19,960 nt of DNA from a bacterium (GTDB taxonomy: Bacteria > Zhuqueibacterota > Zhuqueibacteria > Oceanimicrobiales > Oceanimicrobiaceae): NCBI GenBank assembly GCA_037446635.1, contig JBBIIG010000068.1, positions 1-19,960 on the forward strand, read 5' to 3'. A program made the position numbers and the translations under genes. The notes under the pieces were generated by a model, which had not been told where the DNA came from, made no database searches, and saw only the letters and a list, made by a program, of their open reading frames with translations. This document shows positions 1-7,179 of the stretch, piece after piece; within the stretch, counting starts at the first letter, position 1; every line of letters begins with the position of its first letter.

Positions 1-1
1 C

Positions 2-97
2 GCCCTGGCCTGTCGCTACCTGGGCCTCACCCCGGCTCGCGTGGACACGAAGGAGGGAGAATTTACGGAGTTTATTGTTGTTTTGCCGCGGTCTTAG
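2..97 (+). CDS. 3' end of a gene entering from the left edge; C-terminus ALACRYLGLTPARVDTKEGEFTEFIVVLPRS* (signalling protein, PP2C-like then kinase-like tail)
   Basis: Frame starting at base 2 is open to TAG at 95-97 (my translation, too short for the ORF track). RVDTKEGEFTEFIVVLP resembles the last strands of HATPase_c domains. ALACRYLG resembles the end of the PP2C at 653-1816 (CLALRYLG). Confidence 0.6.
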   Translation, partial: ALACRYLGLTPARVDTKEGEFTEFIVVLPRS

Positions 98-102
98 GGC
101 AA

Positions 103-137
103 AAAGTCCCTTTGCAAAAGGGGGATTTAGGGGGATT
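103..137. repeat. C-run/G-run hairpin repeat AAAGTCCCTTTGCAAAAGGGGGATTTAGGGGGATT (REP-like)
   Basis: Short stem CCCTTT/AAAGGG with a repeated GGGGGATT. A related copy lies at 18395-18423. Confidence 0.55.
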
Positions 138-223
138 CGTCCTTTGAGACAGACATTGGTACAAGAGCATCGACCCCAAAGTCGGAACCACGTTTAATAG
201 AAGTCTAAGCTTAGGAGTGCTTG

Positions 224-601
224 ATGAAAGTCCTCGTAGTTGATGACGAACAAGACGTTCAGATTCTGTTTGAACAAAAATTTCGCAAAGAGCTGAGGGC
301 CGGCTCGTTAAATTTTGATTTTGCCTTTTCCGGCGAGGATGCGATCACCTACCTGGAGAATCAAGACACCAGCAAGCTGATGCTGATCCTCTCAGACATC
401 AATATGCCCGGCATCAATGGCATCGAACTTCTCAAAATCGTCAAACAAAAATATCCGGACCAGCGAGTTTTTATGATCACTGCTTATGGCGACGAACACA
501 ACTTCAAATCTGCCATGGAACACGGCGCGGACGACTATTTTACCAAACCCATTGAATTCGATGTGCTGAAAACTAAAATCAGCCAATTTCTAAATTCCTG
601 A
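224..601 (+). CDS. Single-domain response regulator (CheY-like receiver)
   Basis: Motifs VLVVDDE, ILSDINMPG (phospho-Asp), MITAY, FTKP. AGGAG at 213-217 favours ATG 224 over TTG 221. Confidence 0.95.
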   Translation: MKVLVVDDEQDVQILFEQKFRKELRAGSLNFDFAFSGEDAITYLENQDTSKLMLILSDINMPGINGIELLKIVKQKYPDQRVFMITAYGDEHNFKSAMEHGADDYFTKPIEFDVLKTKISQFLNS

Positions 602-652
602 CTCGACTATTGCAAAATCAATTTTATATAATTCAATTCTTAGCTGAGAATT

Positions 653-1816
653 ATGCCAGTAAAAATTTTAGTGGTTGACGACGAACCGGATTTAGAGCAG
701 CTCATCCGCCAGAAATTCCGCAAACAAATTCGCGACGGCGAGTATGAGTTTTTATTCGCTCAAAACGGCGCGGACGCGCTCGACGCCCTTCAAAAAGATA
801 GCGAGATCGCGCTGGTGCTCACCGACATCAATATGCCCAAAATGGACGGGCTGACGCTGCTATCTAAATTGCAAGAAATGGACGGCCGCATTCTGAAATC
901 AGTGATCGTCTCGGCTTACGGCGACATGGAGAACATCCGCAGCGCCATGAACCGCGGCGCGTTCGATTTTCTCACCAAACCCATCGACTTACAGGATCTG
1001 GAAACCACCGTCAGCAAAACCTTGAAAGAGTGGCGCACGCTGCAGGAAGCCATCAAAATCCGCGAAACGTTGGTGACCCTGCAGTATGAGCTCAACATCG
1101 CTACCGAAATCCAAACTTCCATTCTTCCCAAAATTTTTCCGCCCTTTCCCGATCGCAAGGAATTCGATATTTACGCCAGGATGATCCCCGCCAAAAACGT
1201 CGGCGGCGATTTTTACGATTTCTTTCTCATCGATAAATACCGCGTCGGCTTTGTCATCGGAGACGTTTCCGGCAAGGGCGTGCCAGCGGCTCTGCTGATG
1301 TCGGTCAGCAAAACTCTGATCAAAGCGCACGCATTGAAGGGCGTGCCGCCGGACACGTGCTTAGAAACGGTCAATAACATTCTAGTCGAAGAAAGTCCCT
1401 CCAATATGTTTGTGACCGCGCTGTACGGCGTTCTCGATTCCCGCAGCGGCGCGCTGGAATTTTGCAACGGCGGACACAACGCTCCATGTTTGATTTCAAA
1501 AAATGGCTCGACGCAGCTCGTCAAAAGCGAGCCAAGTCTCGTGCTGGGCTTCGTACCTAACTCGGCGTATCAATCGCAGCTCGTCAACTTGCGACCGGGT
1601 GATACGTTCTTCTTGTACACGGATGGCGTTACCGAGGCAACGGACATCAATGACGAGGACTTTGAGACCGTGCGGCTGTTGGAGTGTCTACAAAAATTGG
1701 ACGGAGCCTCGCTACCCGAAACGGTGCAAGGAGTGGTTGATGCTGTGCAGGCGTTCGCAAGCGGTGCGCCGCAAGCGGATGACATTACGTGCCTGGCGCT
1801 GAGGTACCTGGGATAA
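653..1816 (+). CDS. Response regulator receiver fused to PP2C/SpoIIE (RsbU-like) serine phosphatase
   Basis: N-terminal REC (VVDDE, LTDINMP, LTKP), then PP2C motifs VGGDFYDF, IGDVSGKG, LYTDGVTEA, QADDIT. Confidence 0.95.
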   Translation: MPVKILVVDDEPDLEQLIRQKFRKQIRDGEYEFLFAQNGADALDALQKDSEIALVLTDINMPKMDGLTLLSKLQEMDGRILKSVIVSAYGDMENIRSAMNRGAFDFLTKPIDLQDLETTVSKTLKEWRTLQEAIKIRETLVTLQYELNIATEIQTSILPKIFPPFPDRKEFDIYARMIPAKNVGGDFYDFFLIDKYRVGFVIGDVSGKGVPAALLMSVSKTLIKAHALKGVPPDTCLETVNNILVEESPSNMFVTALYGVLDSRSGALEFCNGGHNAPCLISKNGSTQLVKSEPSLVLGFVPNSAYQSQLVNLRPGDTFFLYTDGVTEATDINDEDFETVRLLECLQKLDGASLPETVQGVVDAVQAFASGAPQADDITCLALRYLG

Positions 1817-1838
1817 AGCGGAAATTCGGCAGAAACTT

Positions 1839-1869
1839 TCTCGCTCCCACGCTCAGCGTGGGAGCGAGA
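1839..1869. repeat. Perfect palindrome TCTCGCTCCCACGCT-C-AGCGTGGGAGCGAGA (REP-like, possible terminator role between convergent genes)
   Basis: 15-bp arms around one central base, 22 nt after the stop of 653-1816. No U-tract on the + strand. Confidence 0.8.
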
Positions 1870-1911
1870 CGGTGCAACATCGGACTGACTGCGGAAGGCG
1901 AAATACATGTG

Positions 1912-1944
1912 AGATGCCACGCATTTTCAAAATGCGTGGCATCT
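1912..1944. repeat. 33-bp nested palindrome AGATGCCACGCATTTT-C-AAAATGCGTGGCATCT
   Basis: Perfect 16-bp arms, each containing TGC-NNN-GCA. Lies just downstream of the fumC stop. Confidence 0.85.
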
Positions 1945-1955
1945 TTAATTTTCGG

Positions 1956-3350
1956 TTACTTCGGAAGCTCTCCCACCATCTTTTCCGGCGCCACGTATTT
2001 GTCAAAATCTTCGGCGGTGAGATAGCCCAGCGCCAGCGCGGCTTCCTTCAACGTCGTTCCTTCTTTGTGAGCTTTTTTCGCGACCTCCGCGGCTTTATCG
2101 TAGCCAATCACCGGATTGAGCGCCGTCACCAGCATCAGCGAGTTTTCCAGGTTCTGTTTGATGCGCGGCAGATTCGGCTCGATGCCCACCGCACAATTTT
2201 TGTTGAACGAATCGCAGGCGTCGCCCAACAGTCGGGCGGACATCAGCAGATTATAAATCATCACTGGCTTGAAGACGTTCAGCTCGAAATGTCCGTTCAT
2301 GCCGCCGATGTTGATGGCCACGTCGTTGCCGAAAACCTGCGCGCACACCATCGTCATCGCTTCGCATTGGGTGGGATTGACTTTGCCCGGCATGATGGAC
2401 GAGCCGGGTTCGTTCTCCGGAATCAGAATCTCGCCGATGCCGCAGCGCGGTCCGGAGGCCAGCAGCCGGATATCATTGGCGATTTTCATCAAACCGGCGG
2501 CGACGGTTTTGAGCGCGCCGGAAGCCTCGACGATGGCGTCGTGGCAAGCGAGTCCCTCAAATTTGTTTTCACCAGTGACGAACGGCAGTCCGCTCAGCTC
2601 GGCAATTTTCTTTGCGACTTTTTCGGCGAACCCTTTGGGCGTGTTGATGCCGGTACCGACCGCGGTACCGCCCAGCGCCAATTCTGAAAGATGCGGCAGC
2701 GTGTGTTGGATGGCGCGCATGCCGTGATCGATTTGCGAAGCGTAGCCGGAGAATTCCTGCCCGAGGGTGAGCGGCGTGGCGTCCATCAAATGGGTGCGGC
2801 CAATTTTCACAATTTTCATGAACGCTTTGGATTTGGCGGCGAGGGTGCGGTGCAGCTCCTGTAGCTTCGGCAACGTGTGCTCGCTGATGAGCTTGTACGC
2901 CGCAATGTGCATCGCCGCCGGGAAGGTGTCATTCGAGGACTGGGACTTGTTGACGTCATCGTTGGGGTGAATTGGTTTTTTCGAGCCCATCTCTCCGCCT
3001 AACAATTCGATGGCGCGGTTGGAGATGACTTCGTTGACGTTCATGTTGCTCTGCGTGCCGGAGCCGGTTTGCCACACCACCAGCGGAAAGTGATCGTCCA
3101 ATTTGCCGGCGAGAATTTCGTCGCACACTTTGGCGATGATCTCGGCTTTGTCTTTGGGCAGCACGCCGCACTCGAGATTGGTGAGCGCGGCGGCTTTCTT
3201 CAAAATGGCAAAGGCGTGGATCACTTCGATGGGCATCTTCTGCCCGCCAATTTTGAAATTCTCCAACGAGCGCTGGGTTTGCGCCCCCCAGTAGCGGTCG
3301 GCCGGAACCTCGATGGTTCCCATCGTGTCTTTCTCAATGCGGTTCTTCAT
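1956..3350 (-). CDS. fumC: Class II fumarate hydratase
   Basis: Motifs [33 protein letters not shown] and the [11 protein letters not shown] signature. AAAGGAG precedes ATG 3350 ([11 protein letters not shown]), so the ORF-track start at 3443 is too long. Confidence 0.98.
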   Translation of the reverse strand: MKNRIEKDTMGTIEVPADRYWGAQTQRSLENFKIGGQKMPIEVIHAFAILKKAAALTNLECGVLPKDKAEIIAKVCDEILAGKLDDHFPLVVWQTGSGTQSNMNVNEVISNRAIELLGGEMGSKKPIHPNDDVNKSQSSNDTFPAAMHIAAYKLISEHTLPKLQELHRTLAAKSKAFMKIVKIGRTHLMDATPLTLGQEFSGYASQIDHGMRAIQHTLPHLSELALGGTAVGTGINTPKGFAEKVAKKIAELSGLPFVTGENKFEGLACHDAIVEASGALKTVAAGLMKIANDIRLLASGPRCGIGEILIPENEPGSSIMPGKVNPTQCEAMTMVCAQVFGNDVAINIGGMNGHFELNVFKPVMIYNLLMSARLLGDACDSFNKNCAVGIEPNLPRIKQNLENSLMLVTALNPVIGYDKAAEVAKKAHKEGTTLKEAALALGYLTAEDFDKYVAPEKMVGELPK

Positions 3351-3382
3351 GGTCTTCGCTCCTTTCAATTTGTATCTTTTAT

Positions 3383-3417
3383 GTGAGACGTGAAACGTGA
3401 AAAGTGAGACGTCAAAA
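3383..3417. repeat. Tandem 7-bp repeat, 5 copies (GTGAGAC GTGAAAC GTGAAAA GTGAGAC GTCAAAA)
   Basis: Read directly. Lies immediately upstream of the fumC Shine-Dalgarno. Confidence 0.85.
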
Positions 3418-3463
3418 TTGAATAGTGGAATTCGGAATGACATCCTTCATTAATGGTGTTTCT

Positions 3464-3535
3464 CATTGATCCATTAATCCATTAATCCATTGATCCATTA
3501 ATCCATTGATCCAGTAATCCATCACTCCATCACCC
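3464..3535. repeat. Tandem 8-bp repeat, 9 copies, consensus CATTRATC (last three degenerate)
   Basis: CATTGATC CATTAATC CATTAATC CATTGATC CATTAATC CATTGATC CAGTAATC CATCACTC CATCACCC. Confidence 0.9.
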
Positions 3536-3540
3536 CGCAT

Positions 3541-3975
3541 CTAATGAGCTTCCCACAGCTCTCGAACCTTCTCCACCCGCCGGCGATTCACCCCCAAATC
3601 CCAGTAGCCCACTCGCGACGCGGATCGGACGTGAATCACTTTGTTCGTGTCATCAAAATAAAATTCCACGTCGTCCACAAATCCCATCACCGCGATGGTG
3701 AACGTTGCGTGAATATAAAATTCGGTCTCCGCCACCACTTTTGTTCGCGGCATCTTTTTAATGAGAGAAACCAAATTTCTCCGCGCCGAGTCCGCCGCGC
3801 CGGAAAAGAGCAGCGGCGCCACGAAGTGTTTTTCACTTGCTGACTGACTGGAGACACAATTGGGCGAGTCCGGGCAATCAGCGAGCTTGCCGTTTTGCGC
3901 GCCAATGCGATCCAATGTTTTGCTTTCGCAGCTGTTGAAAGTCATCAGCAGAATTAAAATGAAGATTCGTCTCAT
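3541..3975 (-). CDS. DUF1499-family protein, probable lipoprotein
   Basis: Motifs LADCPDSPNCVSSQ, GFVDDVEF, IHVRSASRVGYWDLGVNRRRVE. ATG 3975 gives MRRIFILILLMTFNSC (signal peptide with lipobox-like Cys) and overlaps the upstream stop as ATGA. Confidence 0.9.
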   Translation of the reverse strand: MRRIFILILLMTFNSCESKTLDRIGAQNGKLADCPDSPNCVSSQSASEKHFVAPLLFSGAADSARRNLVSLIKKMPRTKVVAETEFYIHATFTIAVMGFVDDVEFYFDDTNKVIHVRSASRVGYWDLGVNRRRVEKVRELWEAH

Positions 3976-5201
3976 TCCACTACGGCCAGCGGCTCCGATG
4001 ATTTCTGTTTTTCGGCCCCCTCCTGATCTCCCTCGTTTTCGCTTTCTGAAAATGGGGGAGGGGTAACCGCCTTCAGCCATGAAAATTCGTCGCCGCGCGC
4101 TTTGAATTTGAGGTAGTTTTTTGGGATTTCCCAGAATTTTGCGCGGGCGCTGGATTTGAGGCTGTTATAAAGAAAACAGATGTGCGTGCAGTCGCAGTGG
4201 TCGCGGCGCATCTGTTCCACTTCGTCGCGCATGAGTTTGGATTGCCAGAGTTGGTTGAAGTCGCAATCGTAGTCGCGGAGGTTGCCGACGGGTTCCCGCA
4301 GTTCGCAGATGCGCAGCTTGCCGTCGAAATCGAGGGCGGCGGACGTGGTGCCAGCGAGGCAGGGCATTTTCCAGAGGGCGTTGTGGTCGGCGTTGTTGAA
4401 TTGGGTTTCGTAGGTGAATAAGTAGCTCCCAAGATAAAACATCTCGAAAAGACTTTGCGGCAGACGCTCGGGTTTTTCCCGTGATTTTTGGAGATAGTGC
4501 TGATGCAGCTTCATCGCGTGCCGGTAAATGGCTTGCAAATTTTTCATGGGCACGTCCAGAAGATGGGCGTCGAGGGCGTTGCCGCGGATGATCTGAAAAT
4601 AGTGGCCATCGACCTCAAAATGGTCGCGAATGAAATTGCCCAACTCGATGAGCTGATCATAATTTTCTTTGCAAATCACTGAGTTCACAAACAGCTGAAA
4701 TTTCGGATAAGCGGTTCGTCGCGGCGACAATGCCCGCAGCGTGTCCAGCGCTTTTTTGAAATTTCCCGGCACGCCGCGAATGGCGTCGTGAGTTTCATCA
4801 AATCCGTCGAGTGCTACGTTGATATGAAGTGTCAAATTGGGATGAGACGAGCAGACGCGATCCACGATGTTTTCAATGCGGCTGGTGAGCAGCGCGTTAG
4901 TGGGAAGCCGCACCGTGGCAACGCGATTGTTTTGGCGGAAGAGATCGATGATCTCGCCCAACTCTTCCCGCAACGTCGGCTCGCCGCCGGAAAGCCAGAG
5001 GTCGGTGAACGGCGGCATGGTGGCGGAGATTTTGCGGATTTCGTCGAAGGTCAAGTCGCCTTTTTGGTTGAGGCTGTCCCAGTAAAAACACGTTCGGCAC
5101 ACGGAGTTGCAGCGCGAGGTGACAAAGAAGATGAGCATGTTGAAGGCGTTGTGGTGTAGAACCGGTTTGGCAAACTCGGAGATTATTTTTAGCGCGCTCA
5201 T
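3972..5201 (-). CDS. Radical SAM enzyme with C-terminal SPASM/twitch-like auxiliary Fe-S domain
   Basis: CxxxCxxC (CNSVCRTC), SGGEP, ALDG..HDAIRG, and C-terminal PCLAG...ICE...CDCTHIC. Start is uncertain between 5252 and 5201. I prefer 5201 because 5212-5244 is a palindromic repeat. Confidence 0.9.
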   Translation of the reverse strand: MSALKIISEFAKPVLHHNAFNMLIFFVTSRCNSVCRTCFYWDSLNQKGDLTFDEIRKISATMPPFTDLWLSGGEPTLREELGEIIDLFRQNNRVATVRLPTNALLTSRIENIVDRVCSSHPNLTLHINVALDGFDETHDAIRGVPGNFKKALDTLRALSPRRTAYPKFQLFVNSVICKENYDQLIELGNFIRDHFEVDGHYFQIIRGNALDAHLLDVPMKNLQAIYRHAMKLHQHYLQKSREKPERLPQSLFEMFYLGSYLFTYETQFNNADHNALWKMPCLAGTTSAALDFDGKLRICELREPVGNLRDYDCDFNQLWQSKLMRDEVEQMRRDHCDCTHICFLYNSLKSSARAKFWEIPKNYLKFKARGDEFSWLKAVTPPPFSESENEGDQEGAEKQKSSEPLAVVE

Positions 5202-5211
5202 GATTTTTGGC

Positions 5212-5244
5212 AACTTTACTAAACCTTTAAGGTTTAGTAAAGGT
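5212..5244. repeat. 33-bp nested palindrome AACTTTACTAAACCTT-T-AAGGTTTAGTAAAGGT
   Basis: Perfect 14-bp arms at 5214-5227 and 5229-5242, each containing TTT-NNN-AAA. Directly after the glycosyltransferase stop. Confidence 0.8.
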
Positions 5245-6441
5245 TTATTCATTCAAAACAACGATCTCCCCCGATCCTGAAATTTTATACTCGATGCCGC
5301 GCCAGGTGATGCGATTCGCGGTCAGCGATTTCAACAGCGCCAGACTCATCACGAATGACGAAATCAGATGCAGGCTGGCGTAAGCCCACCAAAAACGCCT
5401 CATCTCGCCGCGATGCGCGGGCAGCGCTCGTTTGAAAGAAGAGAAGCGAATCCAATTTATTATCCCGCCGAAAACGATATCGCTCACCATCAGCCAGGCT
5501 GCAAACGGAATTTTTGCAGCCGTGAAAAGCCCCTGAACGATCAGCGCGCCGCCAATTATAAAGATCAAATTGAACAGCCACTGTGGGTAGGCGGCCAGCT
5601 GCCACAACTTCGGATCGTAGATCCGAATCATCGCCAACTGGCGCGTGGTCCATTCAAGCAATGCAAAGAATGTGATGGGTTCCGACGAGGTTGCCAGACT
5701 CGGCGGCACAAATTTAATTTTGTATCCCGCCGCTTTTACGGCGGTGGTGAGGATCATGTCGTCGCTCAAACCGTTCCGCCATTTTTCCGCGATGCGCAAT
5801 TCCGTAAACGTTTGTTTGCGGATGGCCAGCGAGCCGCCCCAGGCAAAATTGTAACGATCGCTAAACAGCAAGTTGGCGCTGGTCATATTCCAAACCGAGC
5901 GCACTGCCGACCAGAAGTTTCCGCGAAGCGGCATATACCAGCGATAGCCGGTGGCGGCGCCGATGGTTTTTTCCTGCAGCGGCGCCACCAGATTTTTCAG
6001 CCAGTTTGTATGAACTCGGATGTCGGAATCGGCAAACACCAGAACCTGCGTGTGGTTCTCAACCTGTTGTAATCCGGCCAGCAGGTTGTGAATTTTCTGC
6101 GCGGCGTCACGAGTCTGGCCAGCGGTCACCAGCGTCATTTTCGGATCCAGGTATTCAGCAGATAATTTCTTCAAAACCGGATACGCCGGATCACCCATCG
6201 CTTCGGTTACACAGATCAGTTTAAAACTTGGATAGTTCTGGTTTAGAAGCGCCACGACATTGTTTTCAAATCCGGGATCCAGCCCTTTGCAGGGCAGAAT
6301 GATATTGACAGGAGGTGAAAACGGAGGGTAGTTTTCATCGAGGGCAGCGGTGATGTTTTTTTGATAGCGCAGGCTGTCGATCACGGAAAACAGGCTGCGC
6401 ATCAAAGCGAAGGCTCCCAATAATGGAAAGATAAAATCCAA
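5245..6441 (-). CDS. Membrane GT2-fold glycosyltransferase, ceramide glucosyltransferase/HpnI-like (GT21-like)
   Basis: N-terminal TM, IILPCKG, KIHNL, VFADSD (DxD), WGGSLA, LSDD, WTTRQ, C-terminal TMs and ITWRGIEY. TTG start with AGGAG at 6451-6455. Confidence 0.88.
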   Translation of the reverse strand: MDFIFPLLGAFALMRSLFSVIDSLRYQKNITAALDENYPPFSPPVNIILPCKGLDPGFENNVVALLNQNYPSFKLICVTEAMGDPAYPVLKKLSAEYLDPKMTLVTAGQTRDAAQKIHNLLAGLQQVENHTQVLVFADSDIRVHTNWLKNLVAPLQEKTIGAATGYRWYMPLRGNFWSAVRSVWNMTSANLLFSDRYNFAWGGSLAIRKQTFTELRIAEKWRNGLSDDMILTTAVKAAGYKIKFVPPSLATSSEPITFFALLEWTTRQLAMIRIYDPKLWQLAAYPQWLFNLIFIIGGALIVQGLFTAAKIPFAAWLMVSDIVFGGIINWIRFSSFKRALPAHRGEMRRFWWAYASLHLISSFVMSLALLKSLTANRITWRGIEYKISGSGEIVVLNE

Positions 6442-6453
6442 AAGGGTAGGCTC

Positions 6454-6673
6454 CTATGAATTTTTTCCGGTTTCTTTCAAAAAGCTTATAAAGTCATTCA
6501 AGTCATCGAATATCTTATCGCTAATCGAATCCAGTAGTTTGCACATTCGAACGACCCGTTTAGGGTCAATTTTGCCATCCTGCCAAGCCTTTTTTTATTC
6601 GTTTCTCTACCTGTTTGAGCTTTTTAATCTCATCGGCGATTTCTTCAGCAGGTACGACATATCTGACGGTCAT
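6454..6673 (-). pseudogene. Remnant of a HepT-like HEPN toxin: N-terminal piece 6673-6566 and C-terminal piece about 6570-6454 in a different frame, middle missing
   Basis: ATG 6673 overlaps the MNT stop (ATGA) and has AAGGAG. It encodes MTVRYVVPAEEIADEIKKLKQVEKRIKKGLAGWQN*. Another frame gives IDPKRVVRMCKLLDSISDKIFDDLNDFISFLKETGKNS*, resembling HepT-like C-termini. No RxxxxH motif. Family call is from recalled sequence pattern plus position. Confidence 0.65.
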
Positions 6674-7022
6674 AACTCCTTTTCTTCTGCAAGAATTTTT
6701 TTGCGCAAGAAAGCATCGCATGTTTCCAGCTCAATGAGGTCTACTTCGAAGCCATGACCTTGAGTATTTACCTCAAACAGCGCCTTAAATGAATCTTCCC
6801 AATCCAATCCCTGCACTCCGAGATCGATGTCGGACCGCTGGTGAAAAAACTCTTCTTGCAGGCACGAGCCAAACGGAAATACTTTTTTAACTCGGAAATC
6901 TTTTTTAAGCAGAGTCGCAAGTTCTTGTGCTGTTTGCACCGCGCGTCGTCGTTTGGCCGCCAGCTGCTGGGGGCGTTCGCTTTTTCACGTTTCAAACGAT
7001 CAATGTAAGGCTGGTAATCCAT
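6670..7022 (-). pseudogene. Frameshifted minimal nucleotidyltransferase (MNT, antitoxin-type)
   Basis: FGS...RSDIDL...VDLIEL in the 6670-6939 frame. The natural N-terminus MDYQPYIDRLKREK (ATG 7022) is in another frame and joins ERPQQLAAKRRRAVQTAQELA near 6975-6985. Confidence 0.8.
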
Positions 7023-7048
7023 AAGCCAAAAGTGTGATCAGGTTTTGC

Positions 7049-7077
7049 AATTTATAAAAGCCGCTTTGAAAATGCAA
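7049..7077 (-). promoter_or_regulatory. Candidate sigma70-type promoter TTGCAT-17-TAAATT for the MNT/HepT remnant
   Basis: -35 at 7077-7072, -10 at 7054-7049, exact 17-nt spacer, close to ATG 7022. Confidence 0.45.
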
Positions 7078-7179
7078 GCAAAAGGTAGGGCGCGCATAGC
7101 GCAGAGAGAGCATAGCGAGCAGGGCGGAGCGAAAGGCAGGGAGAGAGTGAAGCGCGACTCGATACTTTACACTTTAGCG

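Noticed and set aside
603..632. TCGACT-18-TATAAT internal promoter for the REC-PP2C gene
   Set aside because: The -10 is perfect, but the -35 and spacing are weak in an AT-rich spacer. Not enough support.
1872..2727. Long + strand ORFs opposite fumC, and similar ones at 5368-6072, 8104-8892, 16400-17071 and 19179-19859
   Set aside because: Antisense shadows of well-supported GC-rich genes, with no recognisable motifs or SD.
3351..3443. 31-aa N-terminal extension of FumC in the ORF track
   Set aside because: It translates the heptamer repeat. A strong SD precedes ATG 3350 and FumC homology starts there.
3464..3535. Possible CRISPR array
   Set aside because: Units are 8 bp, contiguous, with no spacers and no cas genes.
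3976..4080. Long N-terminus of the DUF1499 ORF
   Set aside because: It overlaps the radical SAM gene. ATG 3975 gives a proper signal peptide and an ATGA overlap.
3972..6441. Assigning gene symbols hpnI and hpnH/hpnJ
   Set aside because: Only family-level similarity. No other hopanoid genes are in the window and there is no B12-binding domain.
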